Positions 25,390-36,782 of a DNA stretch of 64,000 bases are shown in pieces; position 1 is the first letter of the stretch, and every line of letters begins with the position of its first letter. Under the pieces are notes generated by a model that saw only the letters and a program-made list of their open reading frames with translations, did not search any database and had not been told where the DNA came from. A program made the position numbers and the translations under genes. Source of the DNA: Eledone cirrhosa (Eukaryota); assembly GCA_964016885.1 (NCBI GenBank), contig OZ024740.1, forward strand, positions 171,740,001-171,804,000, given 5' to 3'.

Positions 25390-26340
25390 CATCACACGTG
25401 AACAATATTTAGATCAAGTGATGCTTGTGTTTGAAGCTTTTTTAAGTGAAGAATAATTTGCACTAGGCCAATCCCACTTTCTGAACAACGGTGACAGATA
25501 TCCACAATAAAGAAGATGTCAACATCATTGGCTGCCGTAGGGCTAACCGCGTGATCGGGTATCAAACCGAATATTTCCATGTTACCGCGCACATATTTCC
25601 AAATAACATATGTAGACACTATTGGATGGCCATTGACTCTCCTGAGTTCCTTCACCCTTTGTCGGGCTTTGTTTTTCATCCTACAAGCCCCCCCCCCCCC
25701 AATACCCCTCCTCACCAAGTAAGTTGGTGTGGCTGCCGGTTTTACCACCAACGACCCGACCATATGACAGGTTGTACAGGGCTACTTGTTACCCGTAGGT
25801 GTCCAGAACGATCTGCCATACATACATAGATGCTGGCTGCACCTCGATTTCGAGTAATACCATCGCTTGATACTTAAGTATGAGCATCACGGACGTGGCT
25901 TTTTAGTCCTGCTAGAGACTTGCCTATGGCCAGCAATACCATGTATCGCAAACAATGTCACATATCAAGCGATGTCTTGGTTTGAAACTCTTTTAAGTGA
26001 AGAAAGGCTTTGCACGGGGCCAATCCTACTCTCTGAACATCAAATGCATTTGCCCAAAACGAAGAACTAGTCTACATCGTTAGATGGAAACGAAGTCGCA
26101 GGTTTTATATCAGAGTAACCTTCTCCTAAAGAGTTATCTTAATGAAGACAACGAGTCTCTCGCTCCACAAAAAAACAACACTTTATTGGATGACCGTTGA
26201 CTCTTCTGAATTCCTCCACCCTTTGACGGATTTTGTTTTTCACCCCGCAGGGTGTCAAAAATCACCATCCTCACCAAGCAAGTTTGGTGGTGTTGCCGGT
26301 TTAGCCACCGATGACCCGACCATGCACAGGTTGTACTGAG
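25390..26340 (-). mobile_element. Two diverged tandem copies (about 560 bp apart) of a probable LINE 5' fragment
   Basis: ttttaagtgaagaa...tttgcac..ggccaatcc at about 25440 and 25990; attggatg.c..ttgactct..tga.ttcc..cacccttt at about 25621 and 26185. The LINE assignment is weak. Confidence 0.4.
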
Positions 26341-26573
26341 TTACATATATACATACATATATATACATACAAACATACATACATACATACATACATACAT
26401 ACATACATACATACATACATACATACATACATACATACATACATGCATACATGCATACATACATACATACATACATACATACATACATACATACATACAT
26501 ACATACATACATACATGTATATATATATATATATAGATATGTATATGTATACATGCACAAATTCAGCAAGAAT

Positions 26574-26914
26574 TGAGATGCAATGAATGTGACCGATTTC
26601 TTCTAACACGAGCTGGTTTTGTTAAACATCTTAAATCACACGAACCGGGGAGCAATTGAGCCAGCTGTGAGATGATTCTACCGCCACACACTCCACGGCA
26701 TATTTGCAGTGAGTGTTGCTTAATTTTCAAGTCAACGTGTGGACTGACTAGACATGGTAAAATGCATGATGACACACGCCAGCTGGTTTTACTAAGAAAC
26801 AGGCAGTTCAAGTGACACATCTGTGAACGTACCTACAAAACAAAAGCGGGTCTGAAAGGTCACCTGCGTGCACATAATCGTGCAATATTCAATGAAGAGA
26901 TGGCACACTTTTGA
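26574..26914 (+). pseudogene. Three degenerate C2H2 zinc fingers, probably a LINE C-terminus
   Basis: One frame reads LRCNECDRFLLTRAGFVKHLKSH, ICSECCLIFKSTCGLTRHGKMH, FK*HICERTYKTKAGLKGHLRAH, with two in-frame TGA codons. Confidence 0.7.
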
Positions 26915-27833
26915 CAAGGAGTAGCAGCATGTATGTATGAGCATGTACGTGTTTATTGTAACTGCAAGGAATAAAATAGTTATTGAACGGAGGTTTCTGT
27001 TAAAAGATGATACATTCATAACATAATGTAATGAACTGCTGGAAAGTTTTCACGAGTTAAGGGATTTAAACTTGGAATGTTTTTCCATGAAAACAACTTT
27101 TCGCCATGTAGTGTTCGAGAAGGTCAGCTTTGACTTGCATTCAGATCTTCAAGCTGAACCTTCGTCACAGTAATTTTACTAGTATCGAATGTCATAGGCA
27201 GGATTATGAATACAAGCCTTTTCTTCCGATTAAACCATTATAAAATATATAAATAAAATAAAGAAACATTGTGTATACGTAGCCGATCCCTCGGACTCTT
27301 ACAAAGCACTGCGAAGGTAAAGTTAGTATAAAGAATGACGTGCTCATGCGCGGAGATGCGATAAAATATTTTATAATATAGGGTGAAGATCCTTAAAAGG
27401 CGTAAAACAAATTGCTATTTTTTGCGTCTTTTAAGACTCTTCACCCCATTTTACAAGCTATTCTATGGCACCTTCTCTGGCTCTGTTGTTTGTAAATTGC
27501 GAGAAAAAAACATGCCTGCTGGTAGATATGTATACACACCTCCATAAATCTTCAGTAAATATAATTCTACCTCTTCTTAATTCTCCCATCTCAACCATCC
27601 CCATATAAGCAAGTGAATATACAGACACACACGAATGCGCCCATAAACACACACTTCTACAACTTCACATCCACACACACACAACCACTTCCTAAATATA
27701 TAAATATATATATGCGTATTTGTATATATAAAATATAATCAATAATCAATTCGTTCTAAAACTTTTCTGCAACATCCTATAAAGAAAATTTACAATTGGA
27801 TGGACAGTTTAAACACATATATGGACAAGCCAC

Positions 27834-27923
27834 GCCACTGATGATATGGCCAGTTAACCATGAGCCCTTTAAGCTAACAGTCTGGAAATGGCTGTTGAAA
27901 CGGCAAGGGCTCAGCCGTCGGGC
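27834..27923 (+). ncRNA. Type I hammerhead ribozyme (complete family H relative)
   Basis: gcca-CTGATGA-t-atggcca...tggctgt-t-GAAA-cggc-aagggctca-gccg-TC-gggc; downstream sequence resembles the family H tail. Confidence 0.72.
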
Positions 27924-28210
27924 TCCAACTCTTTATAATATAGGTATATGCCATATTCTACTATCCCAAGTATCGAGTGCTCTGTTGAGTAATAGTCTAA
28001 TTAGTTTTAAAATGGTTCTATCCTTATATATATATATATATCATAGCTTACATATATATATATATATGAGTCCACATTTTCGTTTATCCCCTTCTCTCTC
28101 TTTCTCTCTTCCCCTTCGTGGTTTGGTGATAGTAGTAACTGGAATAGAAGTTGGTTTGTTCCCTATTATTGTCTAACTGGCTATTGACAAGAGATAAATG
28201 AAAATGTGAA

Positions 28211-28270
<60 letters not shown>

Positions 28271-28876
28271 ATTAATCTCCAGAGTCTAGCTATTAACCAG
28301 TTAATTTTTTTGATTTTTTTTAGTTAATTCTATTGACTGATTAATAGCTTATGTTAATTTTAAATACTATTCTGTTGAGAGCTTAATTCGTTTTGTGATA
28401 TTTTGCAATTATGCAATAACCACACATACTGAATTCATCCGCCAAGACTAGGGGTTCTCTCCCTTCTAACCCCGCACGTGGGTTCAGATAACGGTCAGTT
28501 CCTTAGCTTTGCATAGAACTAAATGCCTGTTGAAAAAGTGACTTCCTTGTTCGATCATCATACCAAAAGCTTAACATTATTTAAGCAGACAGTACCTGAT
28601 TTAGGAGTTGCAGAAACCCCATATTGGATTTTACCACCGTTTCCAGGGGCCCGGGTATAATTTTCAATCATATTTTATTATTTGTTTGACCCGAATAGCT
28701 TGTTCGCTTCTATGGCTTTGCGGTTAATGGTTTAACCATCGTCTCAGTGTGTTTGGCCTTTTAACGTATGTTGTTGCTCTAGTTCACTCGTTCCTATGGA
28801 GCGCTTGCCACACATCTCGGAAGTTGTTTTTCGCTAATTTCCAATACCCGAAATGCGATTGTCGCTAATTTATATT

Positions 28877-28932
<56 letters not shown>

Positions 28933-29112
28933 ATATATATATATACAATATGTAGAAAAGATAACACACCAGAGAGAGAGATAGTGCGCCATCAGTCACA
29001 CAGGGAAAAACCACCAGTGTATGGAATCTATAGCCCATGGAAGGCAAAGTAGGCACACAATAATTAAAAGTATAAATGAAAGTGCAAATACGTACCTTGA
29101 TAACTATCTAAC

Positions 29113-29195
29113 ACACACGTACAAATCCAACAGGATCTGTTTCACCAACTAATTTGTTGACAGAAATGATTAGCCTATGGTTCATCAGCGTGTGT
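29113..29195 (-). ncRNA. Type I hammerhead ribozyme (family I)
   Basis: Reverse complement of 29526-29608 with a few substitutions. Confidence 0.85.
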
Positions 29196-29525
29196 AAGGC
29201 TATACATTTCAGACAACACTAAACGAATCTAAAGCGACCGTCCAGTCGCACGTGGTAGAGAGAAATTCACAGCATGCCTAGGGCAGCAACCAGTGGACTC
29301 TGAGGGACGAGCTGCTAGAAAGAGCAGCCCAAACCACTCAGATAAGTGTGCTCAACCAAACAGAGAGAGAGAAGATACTGTTATAAGGAGCGAAATATCA
29401 CGATAAATTAACGGAGCCATAGACTCTCGCTATTCCCTATCATTAATGTGCTTAAAGGAGAAGGAATCCCGAGCCCTTTATAATACAATATGATTTTTTT
29501 AGTGTTGTCTGAAATGTATAGCCTT

Positions 29526-29608
29526 ACACACGCTGATGAAACATAGGCTAATCAATTCTGTCAACAAATTAGTTGGTGAAACAGATCCTGTTGGATTTGT
29601 ACGTGTGT
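29526..29608 (+). ncRNA. Type I hammerhead ribozyme (family I)
   Basis: acacacg-CTGATGA-aac...gctaat...attagttggt-GAAA-cagatcc-tgtt-ggatttg-TA-cgtgtgt; 7-bp stem I, long stem III, GUA triplet. Confidence 0.85.
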
Positions 29609-29858
29609 GTTAGATAGTTATCAAGGTACGTATTTGCACTTTGATTTAAACTTTTAATTATTGTGTGTCTACTTTGCCTTCCATGGGCTATAGATTCCAT
29701 ACACTGGTGGGTTTTCCCTGTGTGACTGATGGCGCACTATCTCTCTCTCTGGTGTGTTTTCTTTTCTAGATATTGTATTATAAAGGGCTCGGGATTCCTT
29801 CTCCTTTGAGCACATTAATGACAGGGAATAGCGAGAGTCTATGGCTCCGTTAATTTAT

Positions 29859-29910
<52 letters not shown>

Positions 29911-29914
<4 letters not shown>

Positions 29915-30494
29915 AAATTGAACGGGAACAAAACAGAGAGGCAGTACGAACAAAGTTTTATTAGTTTCACGCTCTTGAGAGTGGGGTGGTGGTGGTGGGG
30001 AACAACGTTTCGGGCATAAGCCCTTCTTCAGGTGAAAAGTGTGTGGGAAGAGAGTTCCAAGGGTGTGTAGGGGAGTGGTGGAGAGACATATAGCAAAAAG
30101 GGGGTGAGAGGGAACGGTGCAAATGAAATTAAAAATAAAGGCATGATCAAAATAAAATTAAAATGGAGTGAAACAGGTGGTGGATGGGTGTGGGGCGTGT
30201 AGGGGTGGTGGCGGGTGGAGTGGAGAGAGGGAGACGGGGTGTCCGAGCGGGGAGGGCTGAAGATGGTGTGTGTGTGTAGGTGTACGTGTGTGTGTGTGTG
30301 TGTGTGTATGTGAAAGAACGGGGTTGCATGTTCAGGAAGAGGTGTGTGTGGGTGGGGTGTAGGTCGGAGTGTGCGTGCGTGTGTGGATAGAGGGGTGGGG
30401 GAGAGGATTCCGGAGGCTGAATGTGTAAATATGTGGTGCTACGCACATGTGTGTGTGTGGTGTTTATGCGTGTTGTGGATGTAGGTGGCGTGTG

Positions 30495-30500
<6 letters not shown>
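29911..30500 (-). mobile_element. Family J CA-rich element, 3' part
   Basis: Homologous to 49655-50840 (+) and 52473-54012 (-); TA-flanked. Confidence 0.85.
30002..30033 (-). ncRNA. Minimal Penelope-type hammerhead (family J)
   Basis: Minus strand ac-CTGAAGA-a-gggc-ttat-gccc-GAAA-cg-TT-gt; very short stems I and III. Confidence 0.6.
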
Positions 30501-30551
<51 letters not shown>

Positions 30552-30740
30552 ATGTGTGTGTGTGTAAACTATGATCTCTAATACCCTCTTCTAATTAATG
30601 TGCACCTTAATTTTATCATATACTTTTTGTCATATTTCCTATAGCATGAGAAAGCCGAAACAACTATCAGCTGAAACCGGTACGGTAAATTACTTTTCAA
30701 AAAATGTTTTGCTGTTATTCTATCAGAAAATCCCATTAGC

Positions 30741-30806
<66 letters not shown>

Positions 30807-30809
30807 TGT

Positions 30810-30879
<70 letters not shown>

Positions 30880-31273
30880 AAACATTGTTGTCTCTGATCT
30901 AGATGAAGCGAGAGTATGTTTGAATTCATAGAAAAATGAGAGATCTCATCGCTTGAACAGCTGTTAAACCACCTAAATGCTGCCAATGAAGGCGATGGGC
31001 AAAAATGCTTCAGATGACAGAGTCCAGCGGCCTGTGGTCGGTAGAGAGACAATCCACAAGGTGGGGACAGGAACATGAAATATAACAAACATTGAGAGAG
31101 GAAGATGAAAAGAAGTGTGTTAGCGCATGCAAGTGACTGAGAGAAGGAAATACAGAAAGGAGATGTTCAAGACAAGTTCACACACATAAATTCGCCCGAA
31201 AAGCACCAAAATGGTTTCGCACGATTTAATTGTGAGTACCACACACACACACACACACATACACACATACACA

Positions 31274-31304
<31 letters not shown>

Positions 31305-31321
31305 GGGTGTGTATGTGTGTG

Positions 31322-31380
<59 letters not shown>

Positions 31381-32073
31381 GGGGAGAGAGCGAGTAGAAT
31401 GAGAATAAGTGACAAGATGTCATAAAAACAACAACCTGAGACAAAGACCGTAATAGAGAGACTAATAAATAGACAGATACAGTCTAGCCTTGATAACTTT
31501 GGTCCTGTCGTTATGAATGTATATAGAAAAATGTATATATAAAATGTATATATAAAATGTATATATAAAAAATAAAGAAACATTATATAAGAATTAACTT
31601 TAAGGATATGTACCATACAGAGTTGAATTACCATGTTTATTGTATATAATTTCCCAAATTAGAAAAGGTCAGACATAAACGGACTCAAAACTCTAGATTT
31701 TAGTTTTCAGTTTATACTGTCAAGGCCATTTATTAAAATTACTCTCTCTCTCACTCTCTGTCATTCCCTGTCGGTCCCTCTCTCTATGTAAATGCATAGA
31801 AGACATAACAACTGGATCATATTAAAAGCGATAAGGGTAAAGGAATACGATATGTATAGATTCATACATAATTACACACCCACACACACACACACACTCA
31901 CACACACACACAAACATATAAAACCGAAACCACAAAGACTTCTAAAGGTTTACTGATGAAAAGGGACTCTACTGTGTTTCGTCAGTTTCACCGTTATCTT
32001 AGCCCACCGTTTTTTTATTCATTGTATGATCTTAGCCATTAGAAATGTCACATAACAACGTTATTATTTGAGA

Positions 32074-32156
32074 TGCTGTCTGATGAAGTCGTGTTTGTGT
32101 CTGTGTGATTGCAGCATTACGTAATTATTAACGCCACAGAAATATGTATTACAGTA
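32074..32156 (+). ncRNA. Type I hammerhead ribozyme (family K, weak stem II)
   Basis: tgctgt-CTGATGA-agtcgt...acgccaca-GAAA-tatgta-TT-acagta. Confidence 0.6.
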
Positions 32157-32217
32157 GATTATGAATAAAGTGAATTATGAATATCTACATCTGGCTTTAG
32201 TAATTAACATCTTTGTG

Positions 32218-32261
<44 letters not shown>

Positions 32262-32610
32262 CTGTATGTATTTTAAATTCATGCAAGATGGTCTGGTGAA
32301 AACGAATGCCTCATACATTTAAAAAACCCACCCTTTGGCTATGTTGTTTTTATTACAAAGAAGGGACGCTTTGAAAATGGAATTAAAAGAACTCTAATCA
32401 GACAGTGTCAAGGTTCAGGAGGATGTTTATACTGTGGATTTCATTCATAAAACCACTTTAAAAATAGACGGTTCCTGTGAAATGCTATCAACGTCATAAG
32501 GTTGTTTGTTTCTTTTCTACCTTTCCAAACAACTGTAAATGTAATTCCAGATTCGCTATTGGGAAAATCATTAAATAGCTCGCTCGCATTTGCACGCACA
32601 AACACTTATA

Positions 32611-32677
<67 letters not shown>

Positions 32678-32693
32678 GACACACACACACACA

Positions 32694-32726
<33 letters not shown>

Positions 32727-32882
32727 ATATATTTCGTGTACTCTGTTCGTACATGAAATTATGAATTATTAAGTACATAATTACATTATTTGTGTGTTTT
32801 TGTATAGTATTTTAATATTTGCTAGTATACACAAAGACACACACACACATACACATATATATATACACATACATACACACAC

Positions 32883-32967
<85 letters not shown>

Positions 32968-33109
32968 AACACACACACATACACACACATATATATATAC
33001 ACAAACAAACACAGGGTGACGCACATACAGAAAAAGGTTGGCTGGTGTTGGTTTGTGGCAGCCTCGGCAACTGGGCGAAAGGAGATAATAGACACAATAG
33101 ACACGTGAC

Positions 33110-33159
<50 letters not shown>

Positions 33160-33170
33160 CACACACACAC

Positions 33171-33201
<31 letters not shown>

Positions 33202-33208
33202 TATATAT

Positions 33209-33240
<32 letters not shown>

Positions 33241-33430
33241 GCCTACACTGTGCCTGCTTTTGTCTCCGTCGGTCGGTCTAACTGGCCCTCTTCATTACAT
33301 ATTGTTCGGCTTAAATGTCGTACATTTGATTCTATATGTATTTCTCTTCACCACTTTTGTTTTGTAAAATACTCTCAATGTAACCTATCTCTCTCTCTAT
33401 ATATACACACACACACCTACACACACACAC

Positions 33431-33466
<36 letters not shown>

Positions 33467-33507
33467 CCAAATACAAATATATATATATATGTGTGTGTGT
33501 TTGTGTG

Positions 33508-33563
<56 letters not shown>

Positions 33564-33564
33564 C

Positions 33565-33604
<40 letters not shown>

Positions 33605-33658
33605 CTGATATAAAGCACTCAACTGTTTACTGGAGTAAATATTCAATATATTAATATA

Positions 33659-33704
<46 letters not shown>

Positions 33705-33709
<5 letters not shown>

Positions 33710-33777
33710 AACGAGTAAGACCCCGACGGCTGAGCTCAAGCCGTTTCGACGGCTAATTTAGTCCAGAATTAGCCTCG
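33705..33777. mobile_element. Family H fold-back stub
   Basis: ataggaacgagtaagaccccgacggctgagctcaagccgtttcgacggctaatttagtccagaattagcc between TA tracts. Confidence 0.8.
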
Positions 33778-33922
33778 TATATATATATATATATACTCTT
33801 CTACACTTTTACCTGTTCCAGCCATCCTGCCGAGGCCATGCTGGGACACCACCCTTGTGTGTACATATATATAAATTGTCCAAATTTTCCCCTCCCCCAA
33901 TTCAGAAATGCTTTCACCGCCC

Positions 33923-33966
<44 letters not shown>

Positions 33967-34243
33967 AATTTGGACAATTAAGTTGTAGTGAATAGTTTAC
34001 CTCTTTGCACCCTAAAATGGCCAGAAAACTTCAATATGCGATAAACATAACATGTATATAAATTGTGTGTTTCGGGAGTTTGGGAGAAAATATAATTATT
34101 GGAGGAGGCATGCCCCCACCCTTAATTTTACCACCACTGTATTTATATGATCTAAAAAAATTATGCTCTGTGTGCTTCCCTAAGGGGTTAATATATTGAG
34201 CTTTTTCGCATTTGGTAAGAAAATGGTATTATACCTAATTTAT

Positions 34244-34368
<125 letters not shown>

Positions 34369-34532
34369 GGATATATATATATATATAGTGAAGTTATTTT
34401 ATTTCACTATAATACACTCTGTCTTGCTCTACACCTCGACACCGAAGTCAACTTAAACATCGTGTGCTCACCCGGATGAACCTATCGTAACTCCAAGTTA
34501 CACTCCCTGGATATATGTATATATATATATCA

Positions 34533-34862
34533 TCATTTCAGTTTACGTCCACTTTTCCCTGCTTGCAAGGGTGGGACGGGAACTGATTCTGGCTTGATTT
34601 CTACAGCTGGATGCCCTTCCTAACACCAACCTCATTTACAGTGAGTGCTGGGTGCTTTTTTGCCGTGGCACCTCCAGACCATATTGCAGTGGAATGATAT
34701 GGACCCCAGTCCCTATCATCTCATTTCTACAGCTGAGTAAACTGGAGCAATGTGAAATAAAGTGTCTTGCTCAAGGAAACAACACATCACCCAGTCTGAG
34801 AATTGAACTCACAACCTTTCTATTGCAAAGCCAATGCTCTAACCACTAAGCCATGTGCCTCC
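34533..34862 (-). mobile_element. tRNA-derived SINE (family 2, CORE-like)
   Basis: Minus strand ggaggcacatggcttagtggttagagc (A box)...gagttcaattc (B box)...gtttccttgagcaagacacttta. Confidence 0.75.
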
Positions 34863-34885
34863 ATAAATATATATATATATATATA

Positions 34886-35330
34886 TTGTTTTTCCACATG
34901 TGCGTTTTATTTTCATAATCACACATGATGTTAAACTAGCCTGCTTTTAAATTCCCTTTTTGGCATATTAATCAGTGAGAATCTGGTTATCGTGTTGAGC
35001 TCTGCTGACGATCGTATTTCAACCGTAACCATCTCCACTGAAAGTTTATGTGAAATAGTCTTTTTCAAGACTATACAGAGCATTTGTAGTTGTTCCAAAT
35101 TGAAGGATGAGTATTTTAAACTTTATTTTATCATGAGTTAACGCTCTATTGATATTTCCCTGGATTTCACTAAATTCTGTTGGATAAGTCTATATCCTGA
35201 TTCTTTTTGAATTGAGTTTGAATTATTTTTCCCACATCTTACGTTAACTATTTTCCCATTTTGACGCTATAGTCACTTATATATTATGGAATACTGTTGG
35301 CTTCTTGCTACAATACTTTCTATACCTTTC

Positions 35331-35335
<5 letters not shown>
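34886..35335 (+). mobile_element. HHR-bearing element, family L
   Basis: Homologous over about 430 bp to 54510-54925; (TA)n on both sides. Confidence 0.82.
34999..35081 (+). ncRNA. Type I hammerhead ribozyme (family L)
   Basis: gctctg-CTGACGA-tcgtatttca...tgaaagtttatgt-GAAA-tagtctt-tttc-aagacta-TA-cagagc. Confidence 0.85.
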
Positions 35336-35389
<54 letters not shown>

Positions 35390-35719
35390 TGGTTATTGGT
35401 GAGCTTTGTTACTCTAAAGTTTCACCTGCACACTCACAAGATCACCAGTCATGCCTGGTGAGTACGCAGATGAGACTCCAGATTTACAAGACTTAGCCAT
35501 AATAAATGAATATTGAAACACTACTTCGGTATTGAGTTTTCATTCTTACGTCCGTCAATAATTCACATATTCTCAGGTCTTGAATAATCGTGCCCACCTC
35601 CCGCTTATTAATTTGTCAGATCCCACCCCCACCCCCAACAGCTTATTAAATTTTGCTAATCTATCTCCGGCGAAATTTTATTGCAAGTGATTCCTATTGA
35701 TACCAGCTATGGTGAATCT

Positions 35720-35897
35720 AATAATTGTTTCTACTTTTGGCACAAGACAATTATCCCAGTGCATTACTGGTACTTTATTTTATCGACCCCGTAAGGATGA
35801 AAGGCAAAGTTAATCTCAGCGGGATTTGAACTTAGACCATAAAGGGGCGTAACTCTATGCTACAAAGCATGGCGTCCCACCCTCTACCGATACTGCC
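35720..35897 (-). mobile_element. tRNA-derived SINE (family 1)
   Basis: Reverse complement of the family 1 sequence. Confidence 0.85.
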
Positions 35898-36300
35898 TTT
35901 CATATTAAAAAAAACATTACATACGACAAAGGAAGAACATTACAAGCAATCCTATATTTACAAACGTACACTATACAACTACTGGTTTTCCAAGAGTCCC
36001 CACCCCATTATTCTCCCCCCCCCCCTCCTATTATTTGGGACCCGAGAGTTCCACAAATCTCTCCTCATCTCGATGTCTATCACACAAAACTCTCTTTTAA
36101 TAACCCTCTCTGTATATACTAAAACCAAACTCTACCCCTCTCTATATCTACCAGGACACTGCCTCTCTTATCCAACTGTCTATATCTAAGACTAATACAC
36201 TCTCTTACTCTCTATAAATATCTACACTTATCTCTCCCAACCCCCCTCTGTATATCAAGAACCCCTAAACTCTCACCCTCTCTATATCTACTATACAGCA

Positions 36301-36719
36301 CTCTCCCCCTCTCTATATCTATCAATACCTATGTCTATCAATCCTCTCACTCTATTCATTACCACCAAACTTTCCTCCTCTCTACATCAAACATACAACA
36401 TACTCTCTCAATCACCCTCTCTATATCAATCAACACCAAACTCTCCCCCTCTCTATATCTATCAATACCTATGTCTATCAATCCTCTCACTCTATTCATT
36501 ACCACCAAACTTTCCTCCTCTCTACATCAAACATACAACATACTCTCTCAATCACCCTCTCTATACAATCAACACCAAACTCTCCCCCTCTCTATATCTA
36601 TCAATACCTATGTCTATCAATCCTCTCACTCTATTCATTACCACCAAACTCTCCTCCTCTCTACATCAAACATACAACATACTCTCGCAATCACCCTCTC
36701 TATATCAATTAACACCAAA
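36301..36719. repeat. 140-bp tandem repeat x3 inside a wider degenerate array of about 28-bp units (about 36050-36782, resuming 41104-41170)
   Basis: Unit ctctccccctctctatatctatcaatacc...caacaccaaa at 36301, 36441 and 36580. Confidence 0.92.
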
Positions 36720-36782
36720 ATCTCCCCTCTCTATATCTACTACACGGAACTCTCTTCAAATTCCTCTCTCTATATCAATTAC

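Larger units (their letters stand above)
28943..29866. mobile_element. HHR-bearing element, family I: 540-bp monomer plus inverted arm
   Basis: 29497-29866 is the reverse complement of (29395-29491 + 28952-29223); TA on both sides. Confidence 0.88.

Noticed and set aside
31952-31986. ctgatgaaa...tttcgtcag
   Set aside because: A short hairpin pairing with itself, with no GAAA-UH; at most a fold-back scar.
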